Assembly: GCF_001194135.2 (NCBI RefSeq)
Contig: NC_069004.1
Coordinates: forward strand, 15,474,178 to 15,538,177
Source of the DNA: Octopus bimaculoides
Taxonomy: Eukaryota
Reading direction: 5' to 3'
Length of the DNA stretch: 64,000 nucleotides
Of this stretch, positions 25,276 to 38,177 are shown piece by piece. Each line of letters starts with the position of its first letter. Positions within the stretch are counted from its first letter, which is position 1. Made by a program: the position numbers and the translations under genes. Under the pieces are notes generated by a model. It was given only the letters and a program-made list of their open reading frames with translations. It was not told the DNA's origin and did no database searches.

Positions 25276-25990
25276 GTGTCAGAGAATGAATGAGTGACTC
25301 AGTGTCTCAGGTGATAATGAATAACTCAGAGTGTCAGGTGATAGATGAGTGACTCAGACTGTCAGGTGATAGATGAGTGACTCAGGGTGTCAAGGCATGG
25401 ATGAGTGACTTAGAGTATCAGAAAATGGATGAGTGACTCAGTGTGTCAGGTGATAACCGAGTGACTCAGTGTCTCAGGTGATAGTGAGAAACTCAGAGTG
25501 TCAGGTGATAGATGAGTGACTCAGACTGTCAGGTGATAGATGAGTGACTCAGGGTGTCAAGGCATGGATGAGTGACTTAGAGTATCAGAAAATGGATGAG
25601 TGACTCAATGTGTCAGGTGATAACTGAGTGACTCAGTGTCTCAGGTGATAGTGAGAAACTCAGAGTATCAAGTGATAGATGAGTGATTCAGACTGTCAAG
25701 TGATAGATGAGTGGCTCAGTGTCAAGGCATGGATGAGTGACTTAGAGTGTCAGAGAATGGATGAGTGACTCAGTGTGTCAGGTGATAACTGAGTGACTCA
25801 GAGTGTCAGGGATGGATGAGTGATCAGTGTCAGGGGATGGATGAGTGATTCGGTGTGTCAAGCAATAACTGAGTGACTCACAGTGTCAGGTGATATAGGA
25901 GTAACTCAGAGTGTCAGAGGATAGGTTAGTGACTCAGAGTGTCAGGGAATGGACGAGTGACTCAGTGCATCAGGTAGTGAGTACTCAGTG
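25276..25990. repeat. 28-bp minisatellite (about 26 units) with 167-bp hexameric higher-order structure
   Basis: Consensus gagtgactcagagtgtcaggtgatagat. Hexamers start at 25292, 25459 and 25626. Confidence 0.95.
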
Positions 25991-27612
25991 ATATGCCATT
26001 AATCTATGTACATTAGTAGGGATGTAGACAGGGCCCATGCTGACTGAGTCCTCACATCTGAGACAAAATATTATGTTGGTCGTAGTTCAAAATCTCAAGA
26101 GGAAATTGTGTTAAATACTAGGATACAGAGACGGTTTAGGGGACAATATGATTGGAGAATTGAAATTCTTTTGGAAGCAAGCAGTGGAACTGACACAGAA
26201 AAGGTTGGATCTTTATGTGCACCTATAGATCTATGTAGATGTAATGTTTGAAAACAAGCTGAGATGGTCTTGGTTGAGATGTCTTCGATCATATGTCATC
26301 TCAGTCAGGATTGACTTAGGGCTGAATGATGATGATAACAAATGTCACATGACTCAACAAACGTATCCGTCTCTGGTATTTGGTTTGCTAGATATAGCAG
26401 TTAAATCACCCTCAAAATTAAAAGTAAATAATGGAAAGATATTTTTAATAATGTGGTTCTAAATACACTGTGTCTGATGAAAAAGATGGAATGATCATGA
26501 GTGGAATGTCTGTGATCATAGGCCTGTCTAATCAGGATTAGCCTGGGGCTAAACAACAACAAAGGAGTGAAGCTGGTGTTGTCATAATTAATGTAGGAAA
26601 TCAGGAAATGTTGATTAATTAATTAAAATTGATCCTGCAGTAAGAAGAGAAAGTTGTTTAATGATCAATTCTGATTAAGAAGGGAGATAATCCTGGGAAT
26701 ATAATTAATAAAAAATAAGGATAGAAAGTTGTATAGGAGTACATGCTTCACATCACCCTCTTTCTCTCTCTCTCTCTTTCTCTTTCTCTCTCTCTCTTTC
26801 TCTCTCTTTCTCCCTCTGTCTCTCTCTTTCTCTGTTCTGTATGTGCACATGCACACACATACATGCATACATGCATGCAAACATACATACATACATGCAT
26901 GCATACATACATACACACATGCATACATTGGCAGTTGTCAGCTCTTAGACAAGCATGACCATCACTAACAGATTATCTTACTCAAGATGTTAAACACAAT
27001 GGCTGTCTGCAGTGCCCAGGCTGAAATTTAAATTCAATAGCAGCTTGCACAACACTGCTAAGACTCTCCTCTACAAATCCAATTAGTCCAGAAACAAGGA
27101 AGAGCAAGGTTTCTAACAATGCAATGAATCAGGTGTTATTTCAGAATTTCTCTTTCCTAAGAGAGACATCTAAACAAAGACANNNNNNNNNNNNNNNNNN
27201 NNNNNNNNNNNNNNNNNNNNNNNNNNNNNNNNNNNNNNNNNNNNNNNNNNNNNNNNNNNNNNNNNNNNNNNNNNNNNNNNNNNNNNNNNNNNNNNNNNNN
27301 NNNNNNNNNNNNNNNCAGGTGTTATTTCAGAATTTCTCTTTCCTAAGAGAGACATCTAAACAAAGACAACGGGTTTGTCACTAACCAGCTGTTGGATGGC
27401 TGTTGACTCACCTGAGTTCATCTGTCCTTTGAAAGGTTTTGTTTTCCATCCTGCAGGGTGTTCAACAAAAATCATCCCCTGTACCAAACAGGCTTGGTTT
27501 AGTCACTGACGGCCTGACCATGTGGCCAGTTGTATTGGGTTACATGTTACCAATAGCACTAAGAGTGACCTGACATCCATCCATCCATCCTGACATCCAT
27601 CCATCCATACAT

Positions 27613-27674
<62 letters not shown>

Positions 27675-28436
27675 GTATATATANNNNNNNNNNNNNNNNN
27701 NNNNNNNNNNNNNNNNNNNNNNNNNNNNNNNNNNNNNNNNNNNNNNNNNNNNNNNNNNNNNNNNNNNNNNNNNNNNNNNNNNNNNNNNNNNNNNNNNNNN
27801 NNNNNNNNNNNNNNNNNNNNNNNNNNNNNNNNNNNNNNNNNNNNNNNNNNNNNNNNNNNNNNNNNNNNNNNNNNNNNNNNNNNNNNNNNNNNNNNNNNNN
27901 NNNNNNNNNNNNNNNNNNNNNNNNNNNNNNNNNNNNNNNNNNNNNNNNNNNNNNNNNNNNNNNNNNNNNNNNNNNNNNNNNNNNNNNNNNNNNNNNNNNN
28001 NNNNNNNNNNNNNNNNNNNNNTATATATATATATATATATACACATATATATACACACACACACACACATATATATAACTCACACTCCATTGATTGTGAT
28101 GAAGAGTGTTCCAGTTCATTTGATCAATCAAACAGCCTGCTCATGAAATTAATGTGCAAGTGGCTGAATACTCCACGGACATGTATACCCTTAATGTAGT
28201 TCTCAGGCAGTTTCAGCATAACACAGAATATGACAAGGCTGACCCTTTGAAATATAGGTACAACTCATTTTTGCTAGCTTAGTGGACTGGAGCAACATAA
28301 AACAAAGTGTCTTGCTCAAGGACACAACACACTACCAGGAACTGAACCCATGACCTTATGACCATGAGCCAAATACCTGTAACCACTAAATCATGTGTCT
28401 TCACATGTATGTGTTTATATATATGTATATATGTAG

Positions 28437-28730
28437 TGAAGGCGCATGGCTTAGTGGTCAGAGTGTTGGGCTTACAATCATGAGGTTGTGAGTTTGATTC
28501 CCTGAGCAGTCTGTGTGTTGTGTTCTTGAACAAGACAATTCATTTCATGTTGCTCCAGTTCACTCATCTGTAGAAATGAATTGCAACATCACTGGTGCCA
28601 AGCTGTATCGGCCTTTGCCCTTGGAGAACATTGGTGGTGTGGAGAGGGGAGGCTGATCTTCCATAAAACAACCTTGCCCAGGCTTGTGCCTCAGAGGGTA
28701 ATTTCGAGGGGGGGGGAGTCGCTGAAGAGG
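28437..28730 (+). mobile_element. tRNA-headed SINE with a different body, head-to-head with the 28083-28400 copy
   Basis: ggcgcatggcttagtggt A-box, gagtttgattcc B-box, then the cttgaacaagaca...gctccagttcactca conserved-domain-like segment. Confidence 0.65.
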
Positions 28731-29259
28731 TCACAGGATGTGGGAGGAAAGATTTAAGACAAAGGGCACGAAAATAAGAACAGTAATAAAGCTTACCCCA
28801 ACAAACCAATCTACATCTCTGCATTTCTTCTCTTCCTCACATTTCCTCCTGCATACACTATGCTTACCTCTCACTCCCCAATCCTGTCCTCACGGCCCTG
28901 TTTCTCTGAATCATTGCTATCCAGCAGCCTCCTCCCCACTCTATACATACCCAGATTTTCACCACTCACTTCCCCACCCCTCCATACTCTCTAATCCTGC
29001 TCCTTTCGCAATATCCTGCCACTTGTATTACGACCTTTGAATTTCAAGGATATGTCCTGGCACTTTCCACCATCTATATCCTTCTCTTTCTTACTCAACC
29101 ATCCTATTTATATTCTGGTCCCCATCTGTTGTGAGTATGCCCGGCATTTTGCCACCATCTCCATCCTGCTGTCTCCCACTCTCTCTCTCTCCTTCTACTG
29201 CTCATCCCTCAGGTTGGGTAACCATGTATCTCCTAGCAGCACACCTGTTTCTGTCTTCA

Positions 29260-29291
<32 letters not shown>

Positions 29292-29292
29292 A

Positions 29293-29341
<49 letters not shown>

Positions 29342-31429
29342 TTGTACCTCCTCTATAGCAAGACACCTGTTTCTGTCTCATTATAATCCTTCATCATCTG
29401 ACTCAAGATCACCTCCTCCAATGCCCCTCTCCTCACAAATGATTTTTGTCTTGCAAGTTACTCGGTAACCCTGTCAGTGCAGGTGCTATTTAAAAAGCAT
29501 CCAGTCCACACTGTAAAATGGTTGGTGTTTGGGAGGGCATCCAGCTGTAAGAACCTTGCCAAAACTGACCTCACCTGTGCTTGTGTCACGTAATAAGCAC
29601 TAACACCAACCACTCAGCAGAGTGGTTGGTGTTAGGAAGAGCATCCAGCTGTAAAAATCCTGCCAGAACAGTTACAGAAGTCTGGTGCAGTCTTCTGCCT
29701 GACCAACTCCTGGCAAACTGTCCCACCCATGCCAGCATGGAAGGCGGACATTAAACGATGATAATGATGATGATGAAGACGATGATGATATGTGTGTGTG
29801 TGTGTGTATACATACACATACATCTCTCTCTCTCTCTCTCTCTCTGATTTCTTTTGTTTATCCTTAACTCTGCTGACAGATCATATCCAGTCTCAGATAA
29901 AATAATTAAACAATGACTGAACTTTAATCTTTTCAAGACTGCAACATTGACAACAACCAAACACACATCCAACACTCTGGAAATTTGGCCATGACAGTGA
30001 CCTTTAGAGGTCACTTGGCAGTGACCTTTATAGGTCACATATGTAGCCTGATAAGATTAGCGAAGTCACTGTTCAGCTTGAACAATCTGAGAACTGAGGA
30101 TTAATAGAAATGGTTGATAGATGATGGGAGGAGGAAAAGGAAAAGGAAGATTAGGTGGCTGTTAATCATTGGTTAATCATTGGTTAATTATTGGTTAATT
30201 ATTGGTTAATTATTTGTTAAGCTAAAGAAGATAGATAGAGCCCATGATTTCGCTATCACACGGATAACTCCATGAAGATAATCCGGTAGATGTTCACTAT
30301 TGGGAATTAAGTGGTTTCTGACGTGTTGCTAAATAACAATAATGCTTACCAGTTCAATCCTCACCCCAAGGTGCAAGTCTCACCCTACTGGGGTCTCATT
30401 TCACACCAACACTAAAATACATAGAAGTACAACTCGCACTCTCTCTCTTTCTCTCTCCATATATATATATATATATATATATANNNNNNNNNNNNNNNNN
30501 NNNNNNNNNNNNNNNNNNNNNNNNNNNNNNNNNNNNNNNNNNNNNNNNNNNNNNNNNNNNNNNNNNNNNNNNNNNNNNNNNNNNNNNNNNNNNNNNNNNN
30601 NNNNNNNNNNNNNNNNNNNNNNNNNNNNNNNNNNNNNNNNNNNNNNNNNNNNNNNNNNNNNNNNNNNNNNNNNNNNNNNNNNNNNNNNNNNNNNNNNNNN
30701 NNNNNNNNNNNNNNNNNNNNNNNNNNNNNNNNNNNNNNNNNNNNNNNNNNNNNNNNNNNNNNNNNNNNNNNNNNNNNNNNNNNNNNNNNNNNNNNNNNNN
30801 NNNNNNNNNNNNNNNNNNNNNNNNNNNNNNNNNNNNNNNNNNNNNNNNNNNNNNNNNNNNNNNNNNNNNNNNNNNNNNNNNNNNNNNNNNNNNNNNNNNN
30901 NNNNNNNNNNNNNNNNNNNNNNNNNNNNNNNNNNNNNNNNNNNNNNNNNNNNNNNNNCTCGTGTTCGGTAAAAAAAATGTGTTTATTATAGTAGTCTGAC
31001 CTTAGAGTCCCTCATAGCGTGAGGCATTCTTGTATAGTAATGCCCTTATATAAATAAATATATATTTTGGGAATAAATGATTGATTTTTTTCCCCTTATG
31101 AGGTTTTTTTCACGCTAGATACTTGATAAATTCTTGTAAAAGAATTCATCCTATTATTGAATTTATATATATATATATGTATATATACACACACATAACT
31201 TTTTTAACGTTATCATCCCCTTCTAGTGAGTCATTTGAACATTTAAGACAATTCTTGGTGTGCTCATTGTATGTATTGCTCCAGTGCATCTGTCACACAT
31301 GAAGCTTACTTTCTCAATTAGCCTATGATTCCACTACACTTCTTGTTTGTCTGTAGTTTACACTGCGAATAGCAAATGAAGTTCATACCTACTCCTTTCC
31401 TGCTTACTGAGCAAGGTCATTTCTCTGAA

Positions 31430-31875
31430 GATACCAGTTTCCTGTTTTCTTTCCTACTCACTAAAACCTTAGTTTATGCTAATATTTTGAGGCCTCTTGA
31501 TTCTAGGTTTAGTTTGCATGCCTGGATTTTTTTTTTTTCCGGATTTCCCTATACATTCAGCTATGAGAACTAGGTCATCAGTATATAACTTTTCCCATGG
31601 ACAGCCAGACTTAATCTGTTCTGTAATTGCCTGTGAGACTATGATAAATAGAAGACAGGGAACTGAACTGTAATGAACTAGCTTCACACTAAATTTATCA
31701 CTGAAATCGTTGTTGATGCTCACTTTACTCACTGCATCTTTGTTTATTCGGTGACCACCAAATTACTGAATGGTACCCTGTTAAACACCATCACCAAATC
31801 AAAAGCTAGGAATAATAGCTTATTCTTAGACAAGTATTTCTTCTGCAGTTGCTTCACTGGGAAGATTGCATCTGT
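31430..31875 (-). mobile_element. RTE-type RT fragment
   Basis: GTTDAIFPVKQLQKKYLSKNKLLFLAFDL and KSGCPWEKLYTDDLVLIAE. Confidence 0.8.
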
Positions 31876-31879
31876 GGTT

Positions 31880-32178
31880 CCTACCTCTTCCTGAAACAAA
31901 GCCATGTATACCAGTTGGCTTGGACCTATGGACAGACAATAAAGCAATGGCAATCTGGGAGTGTTTTTAAAAAGGGACACAAGAGGGAGTGCCCAAATTA
32001 TGGAGGAATCTCCTTATTGAGTCTCTCTGGTGAAGTGTACACTAGGTATCTGGATAAGGGAAGTAGAGAAATTGTCAAGTCCAGTCTTGTTGAAGAATAG
32101 TGCAGCTTCTATCTTGGATGCAGCACAATTGACCAGATATTCTCTGTGTGGCAGGTCTTCAAGAGATTGTGGGAATAT
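31880..32178 (+). mobile_element. Second LINE RT fragment, opposite strand
   Basis: FKKGHKRECPNYGGISLLSLSGEVY...STIDQIFSV...KRLWEY, the N-terminal RT motifs. Confidence 0.75.
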
Positions 32179-33504
32179 GGGTTTCAAATTTTGACACAAG
32201 GCCAGAAATTTTGGGGAGGGTGTTAAGTTGATTATATCGACCCTCAGCGCTCAGCTGGTACTTATTTTATTGACCCCAAATGGATGAAATGCAAAGTCAA
32301 CCTCAACAACTTTGGCTGAGCATACTTAGGGATCCAGTTGGAAAACCTAATGATGGCTGCCTTTTGATGGGACCTTTTGGAGGAGGTGTCTGAGAACTCT
32401 ATCTCAACAACCATCTCAGGAGTTGTGGGCAGAGAAGATGGATGCATGGATGGATGAATGGGTGGATGGCTGGGTGGAGAGATGGGTGGATGGATGGATG
32501 GATGGATGGATGAATGGATAGCTGGTTGGTTGGTTGGTTGGTTGGTTGGGTGATTGGATGGAAGTTATCTTCCTGTATTTAACCTAAAACTATCAAACAA
32601 AAATAATCTCCCAGTATGTATGTAATAAATAGATATCAGGGAGATCACATATACGTGCATAATATAAGCTATCAGAAAAAAAGTCAGCCACATATAATTA
32701 AACTTAACATATCAAGGAAGTAATCTAGATGTCTTTAGCCTAAAGATCTCAAAGCAGTTATATATATTTGTACATAATATAAAGATATCAAGAAAGTTAT
32801 CTCTATATATTTAAATTAAACATATCGAGCAAGTTATTAAGATTTATCTAATGTAAAAACATCAAGGAAATCTGTATTTAACCCAAAGACACCAAAAACA
32901 GCTATCAACATACATATAACTGACAGTTGTCAATAAAATAGGCATGGCCTATTGATGCAATTGTTTAGTCATCTACAATAAATACTTAGATTTATATAAC
33001 CTGCAATTATTGACTAGAGAGATATTGACAAGCCAAGGACAGAATAAACACATTTTTTAGATTTGAAGACAGAAATAACAATTGGATGAATACAGTATGT
33101 GACTGTTACAAGGTATATAGAGGATGAAGATGTTTACTGTAAATACATAGTGTCTTTTATCTGTTTTAGACATTAAACTGTGGCCATGCTGGGGCACCAC
33201 CTTGAAAAACTATTAGTGAAATGAATCAAGCCCAGTACTTTTTTTTTTAAGCCTGGTGTTTATTCTATTGAGCTCTTTCTGCCAAACTGCTAGGTTACAG
33301 GGACATAAACAAACCAACACTGGTTGTCAAGTAGTGGTTGGGGACAAACATAGACACAAGCACACACACGCATGTGCATGCATGCACACACACATACACA
33401 TGCACACGCGTGCGCATGCACACACTCACACACACACATGACTTAGCATCGTGAAACACATTTTGAAGCATTTCAGGAGTTATCTCCTGCAATGCTAACT
33501 GAGT

Positions 33505-33544
<40 letters not shown>

Positions 33545-33546
<2 letters not shown>

Positions 33547-34420
33547 GGGTAGGTGAAAAGTAAGTAGGCATTAAAAATTGGTAATAAAATCCATATTCCT
33601 TTTACAAATTTATTGAAACAAATGATACATGTTCTTTGTTACATGGGAAAATGAAAGTAAATCTTCATATTTTAATGTAAGCATCAGTGGCATCAACCAG
33701 TTTCCTCAAATGGTCTGGGATAGAATGAATGACCTTCTGAAGGACACCATCTGGGATATCATTGACTACTTACTGAATCCATGTCTCCAAGTCTGTACAC
33801 CTCCTCTTTTGTGTAACCTCACAGGTAAAATTCACATGGAGTGAGATCTGAACTTCTACAGTCACAATCTTCAGGTTTTAGCTCCTGCTTGTAATGGGGT
33901 TTTGTTGGACGAAAATTCAATTCTTTATGCAACAACATATGTATTACGTGTCTTGTTAGTCCACTTTAACAAGCTGCTTGACGTGCTGATTTTTGTTGGC
34001 TGTGATTAAACATTTCCTGCACTGTTACCACATTCTCCACTGATAGGGATGTGGTTGGACAGCCACTTCTTCTTGCATCATTCACAGAGCCCGTGATCAT
34101 CAGCTTTGCATGACAACTTTTTATTGTCTTTGGATGTCGTGTTGCATGCTTACCTTTCCATGCTTACCTTTCCATGCATGCCACCATCTCTGAACCAAAA
34201 CAATGGAATTCCACACTTCATAGCGTGCTGCTATCTTAGCTCGCTCCTGAACAGTCACGCAACCAGCCATCTGGAAAATAAGAAATAAGATATAAGACAA
34301 TAAGAAAATAAGAAACCCACATTAGTGTTGTCTGCTTAAAAAATGTTTTTGTCATGACTTCAGTGATACTAAAAATTCTATAAAAATTTTCTAATGCCTG
34401 GTTACTTTCCACCCAGCCTG
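33545..34420 (-). mobile_element. Internally deleted Tc1/mariner-superfamily transposon (DD41D/rosa-like motifs)
   Basis: 29-bp TIRs match at 24 of 29 positions, with TA at 34421-34422. Minus-strand remnants: DARRSGCPTT, KELNFRPTKPHYKQELKPEDC and SDLTPCEFYL*GYTKEEVY (like SPDLTPxDFFLWGYxK). The subfamily label is from memory of motifs. Confidence 0.75.
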
Positions 34421-36216
34421 TATATGTATTTATATACCTGATACATTCACTGTGTATATCCTTTTGACTTTTGTTGTTTTTGTTTTATTTTTTATTTGCC
34501 TATACACACACACATATATATATTCAGCAAAATGGTTGGCATTAGGAAAGGCATCCAGCCATAAAAATCAGGCCAAAAGAGACAGTGGAGCTTAGTGCTG
34601 TCCTCTGGCATGCCAGCTGCTGTCAAACCATCCAACCCATGCCAGCATGGAAAGCAGACATTAAATGATGATGACGATATAGGAGTGGGTGTGTGGTAAG
34701 TAGATTGCTTACCAACCACATGGTTCCGGGTTCAGTCCCACTGCATGGCACCGTGAGCAAGTGTCTTCTACAATAGCCTCGGGCCAACCAAAGCCTTGTG
34801 AATGGATTTGGTAGACGGAAACTGAAAGAAGCCCATCACGTGTGTATGTGTTTGTGTGTCTGTGTTTGTCCCCCCCCTCCATCACTTGACAACCGATGTT
34901 GGTGTGTTTGTGTCCCTGTACGTTAGTGGTTCGGCAAAAGAGATTGACAACATAAGTACTAGGTTTACAAAGAATAAGTCGTGGGGTTGATTTGTTCGAC
35001 CAAAGGTGGTGCTCCAGCATGGCCACAGTCAAGTGACTGAAACAAGTAAAAGAGTAAAAGAATATATATGTATATACATACATACATACACACACATCAT
35101 CTTTTTGTCATTTTATGTCTATCTACCTTTCCAAGCTATCATGATGATAATGATATACAGGACATCACTGACTAGACTAGTTCTTATTTACAGTTATCCT
35201 CCTCCTCCAGCTCTCCTTGAGAGGTCAGAAACAATGAAGCAACATACGTCACTCATACACACCATCCCTTTTCAAATATGGTTTCTACAGCTGCATACCC
35301 TTTTTAATGCCAACTCGTTCAAGTTTACTGGGTACAATATATTATAATGATAGACCAGCATGAGAGAAACTGACTTATCTCTCGACAGAGTTTGATGTGG
35401 TTCTTAGTGGCAATTAGAAGCAGCTTAATAGGAAAACCTATTGCCTCCTTCAGCTTCATTTAACACCTGGCTGTAAAACATGATGCCAGCGCATCTGACT
35501 TGGTTGACTATAGATCTGATCAGGTATCTGCTGATGTTACTACTACTACTACTACTACTACTACTGCTGCTGCTGGTATTACACTGTAGTCTAGTAAATC
35601 GATGAACTAGTCCAGCAGTTGTGTTGTTAACAGATCAATATCACAGGCTTCTGCTGTTGCAACAAACATCTTTCACCACATGCACATCTGCAGCAACATG
35701 CAATATTGCTATGTTACAATTGATCTGATATTTTCACTCAGTGTGTATGTATATATATATATATATATATNNNNNNNNNNNNNNNNNNNNNNNNNNNNNN
35801 NNNNNNNNNNNNNNNNNNNNNNNNNNNNNNNNNNNNNNNNNNNNNNNNNNNNNNNNNNNNNNNNNNNNNNNNNNNNNNNNNNNNNNNNNNNNNNNNNNNN
35901 NNNNNNNNNNNNNNNNNNNNNNNNNNNNNNNNNNNNNNNNNNNNNNNNNNNNNNNNNNNNNNNNNNNNNNNNNNNNNNNNNNNNNNNNNNNNNNNNNNNN
36001 NNNNNNNNNNNNNNNNNNNNNNNNNNNNNNNNNNNNNNNNNNNNNNNNNNNNNNNNNNNNNNNNNNNNNNNNNNNNNNNNNNNNNNNNNNNNNNNNNNNN
36101 NNNNNNNNNNNNNNNNATATATATATGGGAGAATATACAAAAAATAACAACAGACGAGGACAGGTGGTGTAAATAACAAAAGTATATATTAGTATGACGC
36201 TCGGGAATACGGAAAG

Positions 36217-36253
36217 TCTTTGACGTTTCGAGCTACGCTCTTCAACAGAAAGA
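36217..36253 (-). ncRNA. Minimal type I hammerhead-ribozyme-like motif in a ~165-bp Penelope-type terminal element (about 36127-36292)
   Basis: Minus strand: UCUUU CUGUUGA A GAGC GUA GCUC GAAAC GUC AAAGA. Stem I is 5 of 5 bp and stem II 4 of 4 bp, with GAAAC and a GUC site. The core has A6U. Confidence 0.7.
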
Positions 36254-36818
36254 ATACGGAGACAAGGAGAAAAACACGGAGAAAAAAAATTTAGGTATGT
36301 ATATATATATATATATATATATATACATACATACATTTATAGGTGCAGGAGTGGCTGTGTGGTAAGTAAATTGCTTACCAACCACATAGTTCCAGGTTCA
36401 GTCCCACTGCACGGCACCTCGGGCAAGTGTCTTTTACTATAGCCTTGAGCCATCCAAAGTCTGTGAGTGGATTTGGTAGAAGCCCATCGTATATATGTGT
36501 ATGTGTGCGTGTGCATGTGTCTGTGTCTGTCTGTGTTTGTCCCCCCATCAACGCTTGACAACTGTAACTTAGTGATTCCACAAAACAGACCGATAGAATA
36601 AGTACTAGGCTTACAAAGAAATAGTTGTGGGGTCGATTTTACAGAAACAGGGGCTGGTGAAATCATAGAAATTCTCCAGTAACCACTTCTGACTCTTCTA
36701 AAGGTACAGTGAGGAACTAAATCCTGCTGCTTCACATATGGCTTTCCAGCTGCACACTAGAAGGCCATATTGACTGCAGTCTCTAGCTGCTTCACATAGC
36801 TGTTTGAATTGAGCTTAA

Positions 36819-37017
36819 CCCTTTAGCCTTTAAACTGGCCATATCTGGCCCAAATATGCTGCGTTATGCTTTAAACCAGCCAGATCCAGCCTATCACATT
36901 ATAGGGTATACAATAACATCATCAAAATTTTGAAGCTACAAAATAATGCACGATTAATTAACAACAATGTGAATGAAAAATCAAGACATTTAACAAAATA
37001 ATCAGAATGTTATAGGG
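36819..37017. mobile_element. piggyBac-like MITE, full-length copy of a dispersed family
   Basis: TTAA|ccctttagc ... gttataggg|TTAA. Partial relatives sit near 1245-1290, 3720-3885, 22930-23090 and 23755-23960. Confidence 0.75.
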
Positions 37018-37432
37018 TTAAGGCCCTCTTCAAAATTATTGGAGGAATTCCAGCATGTGGATGCAGTCAGAACATCTGTTTTGTTCCTTCTTGCTAGTCA
37101 CAGCTTAGTCACAACTCTGTTAGAGCTGTCCATGTCACAACATACAGCCTTTGCAGTGTTCACAGAGCATTGAGCAGCAGTCATGAAGTCAACATTTTGA
37201 TACCCAGCATGAGTCATCATGCTACGGATAACTCTTTTCCAATACTCAATGGCTTCCAGTCTTCCATGTCAGCTAACTTTTTCTCAACTATACCTTTAAT
37301 CTTTATGCTTTCCAATACCATTGACTGTTCACCAATTCATCAAGTTGTTCCTGAAAAAAAAGGGAGGTATAAAAGATCGTCAAATTTAGCTCAAACACAC
37401 TATATATTTATATACATAAATATATATATGTG

Positions 37433-37483
<51 letters not shown>

Positions 37484-37824
37484 TGTTTAATCAACACAGT
37501 ATGTAATTATGAGCTACTAATAGTTTCATACATTGGAGATGTTGTCTAGGCAGGTTTTAATAACATGCCTAGTGTCTTTAAGCAATCTTTAGGCTCTGAG
37601 CACATGGCCTGTACAAAATACAAATCAGAGCAATAGAACAAGAGAAATCACAAGCAAAAATAAAAGAGGAAAATTGAGGCAAAAAGTGGAAGGGTGAAAA
37701 AACGGAAAAAGAAAGAAAAAAAGAAAAGAATTAGAGTTACATACCCTTCGACAGTAAAGTCATAAAGCTAGTTGGTATAGAATCAACAAAAAAGGGTCTA
37801 AAGTCTCCAATACAGCTGCTCAGT

Positions 37825-38040
37825 CTAGAGAGGGTGGTGTACTCCAAGAAACTTGTCCATATGTTTGCATTTGTTGAAAATTTCTGATCTGGAATTCAGC
37901 AGTATAGTGAAATTCTTAGATTTAAAAAGGATATATAATCTTTCAGCTGACTTACATATTTTAGATCCATTAACATATGATATAAATTTTTCTATGATTT
38001 TCCACTTAATTGTATGTGAAATGGGGTTGATCTGCAAGCC
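37825..38040 (-). mobile_element. Penelope-like element, C-terminal GIY-YIG endonuclease remnant
   Basis: IKWKIIEKFISYVNGSKICKSAERLYIL...LLNSRSEIFNKCKHMDKFL matches the W..I...Y....K.C.LCL.EK..I...LN.RSE...KCRH..KF pattern. Confidence 0.75.
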
Positions 38041-38124
38041 CCCTATGTATATATATCCGTATGTATGTATGTATGTATGTATGTATGTATGTATGTATGC
38101 ATATGTATGTGTATGGTGTGTGTA

Positions 38125-38177
<53 letters not shown>

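Noticed and set aside
25276-25990. CRISPR-like periodic array
   Set aside because: Monomers are contiguous with no unique spacers, there are no cas genes and the context is eukaryotic. It is a minisatellite.
27130-27368. Identical 53-bp direct repeat
   Set aside because: The two copies directly flank an N gap, which is typical of unmerged contig overlap. It is probably an assembly artefact.
32560-32920. Degenerate AT-rich tandem repeat (atatcaagaaagttatct-like core)
   Set aside because: It is too diverged to define a unit reliably by eye, and nothing suggests a function.
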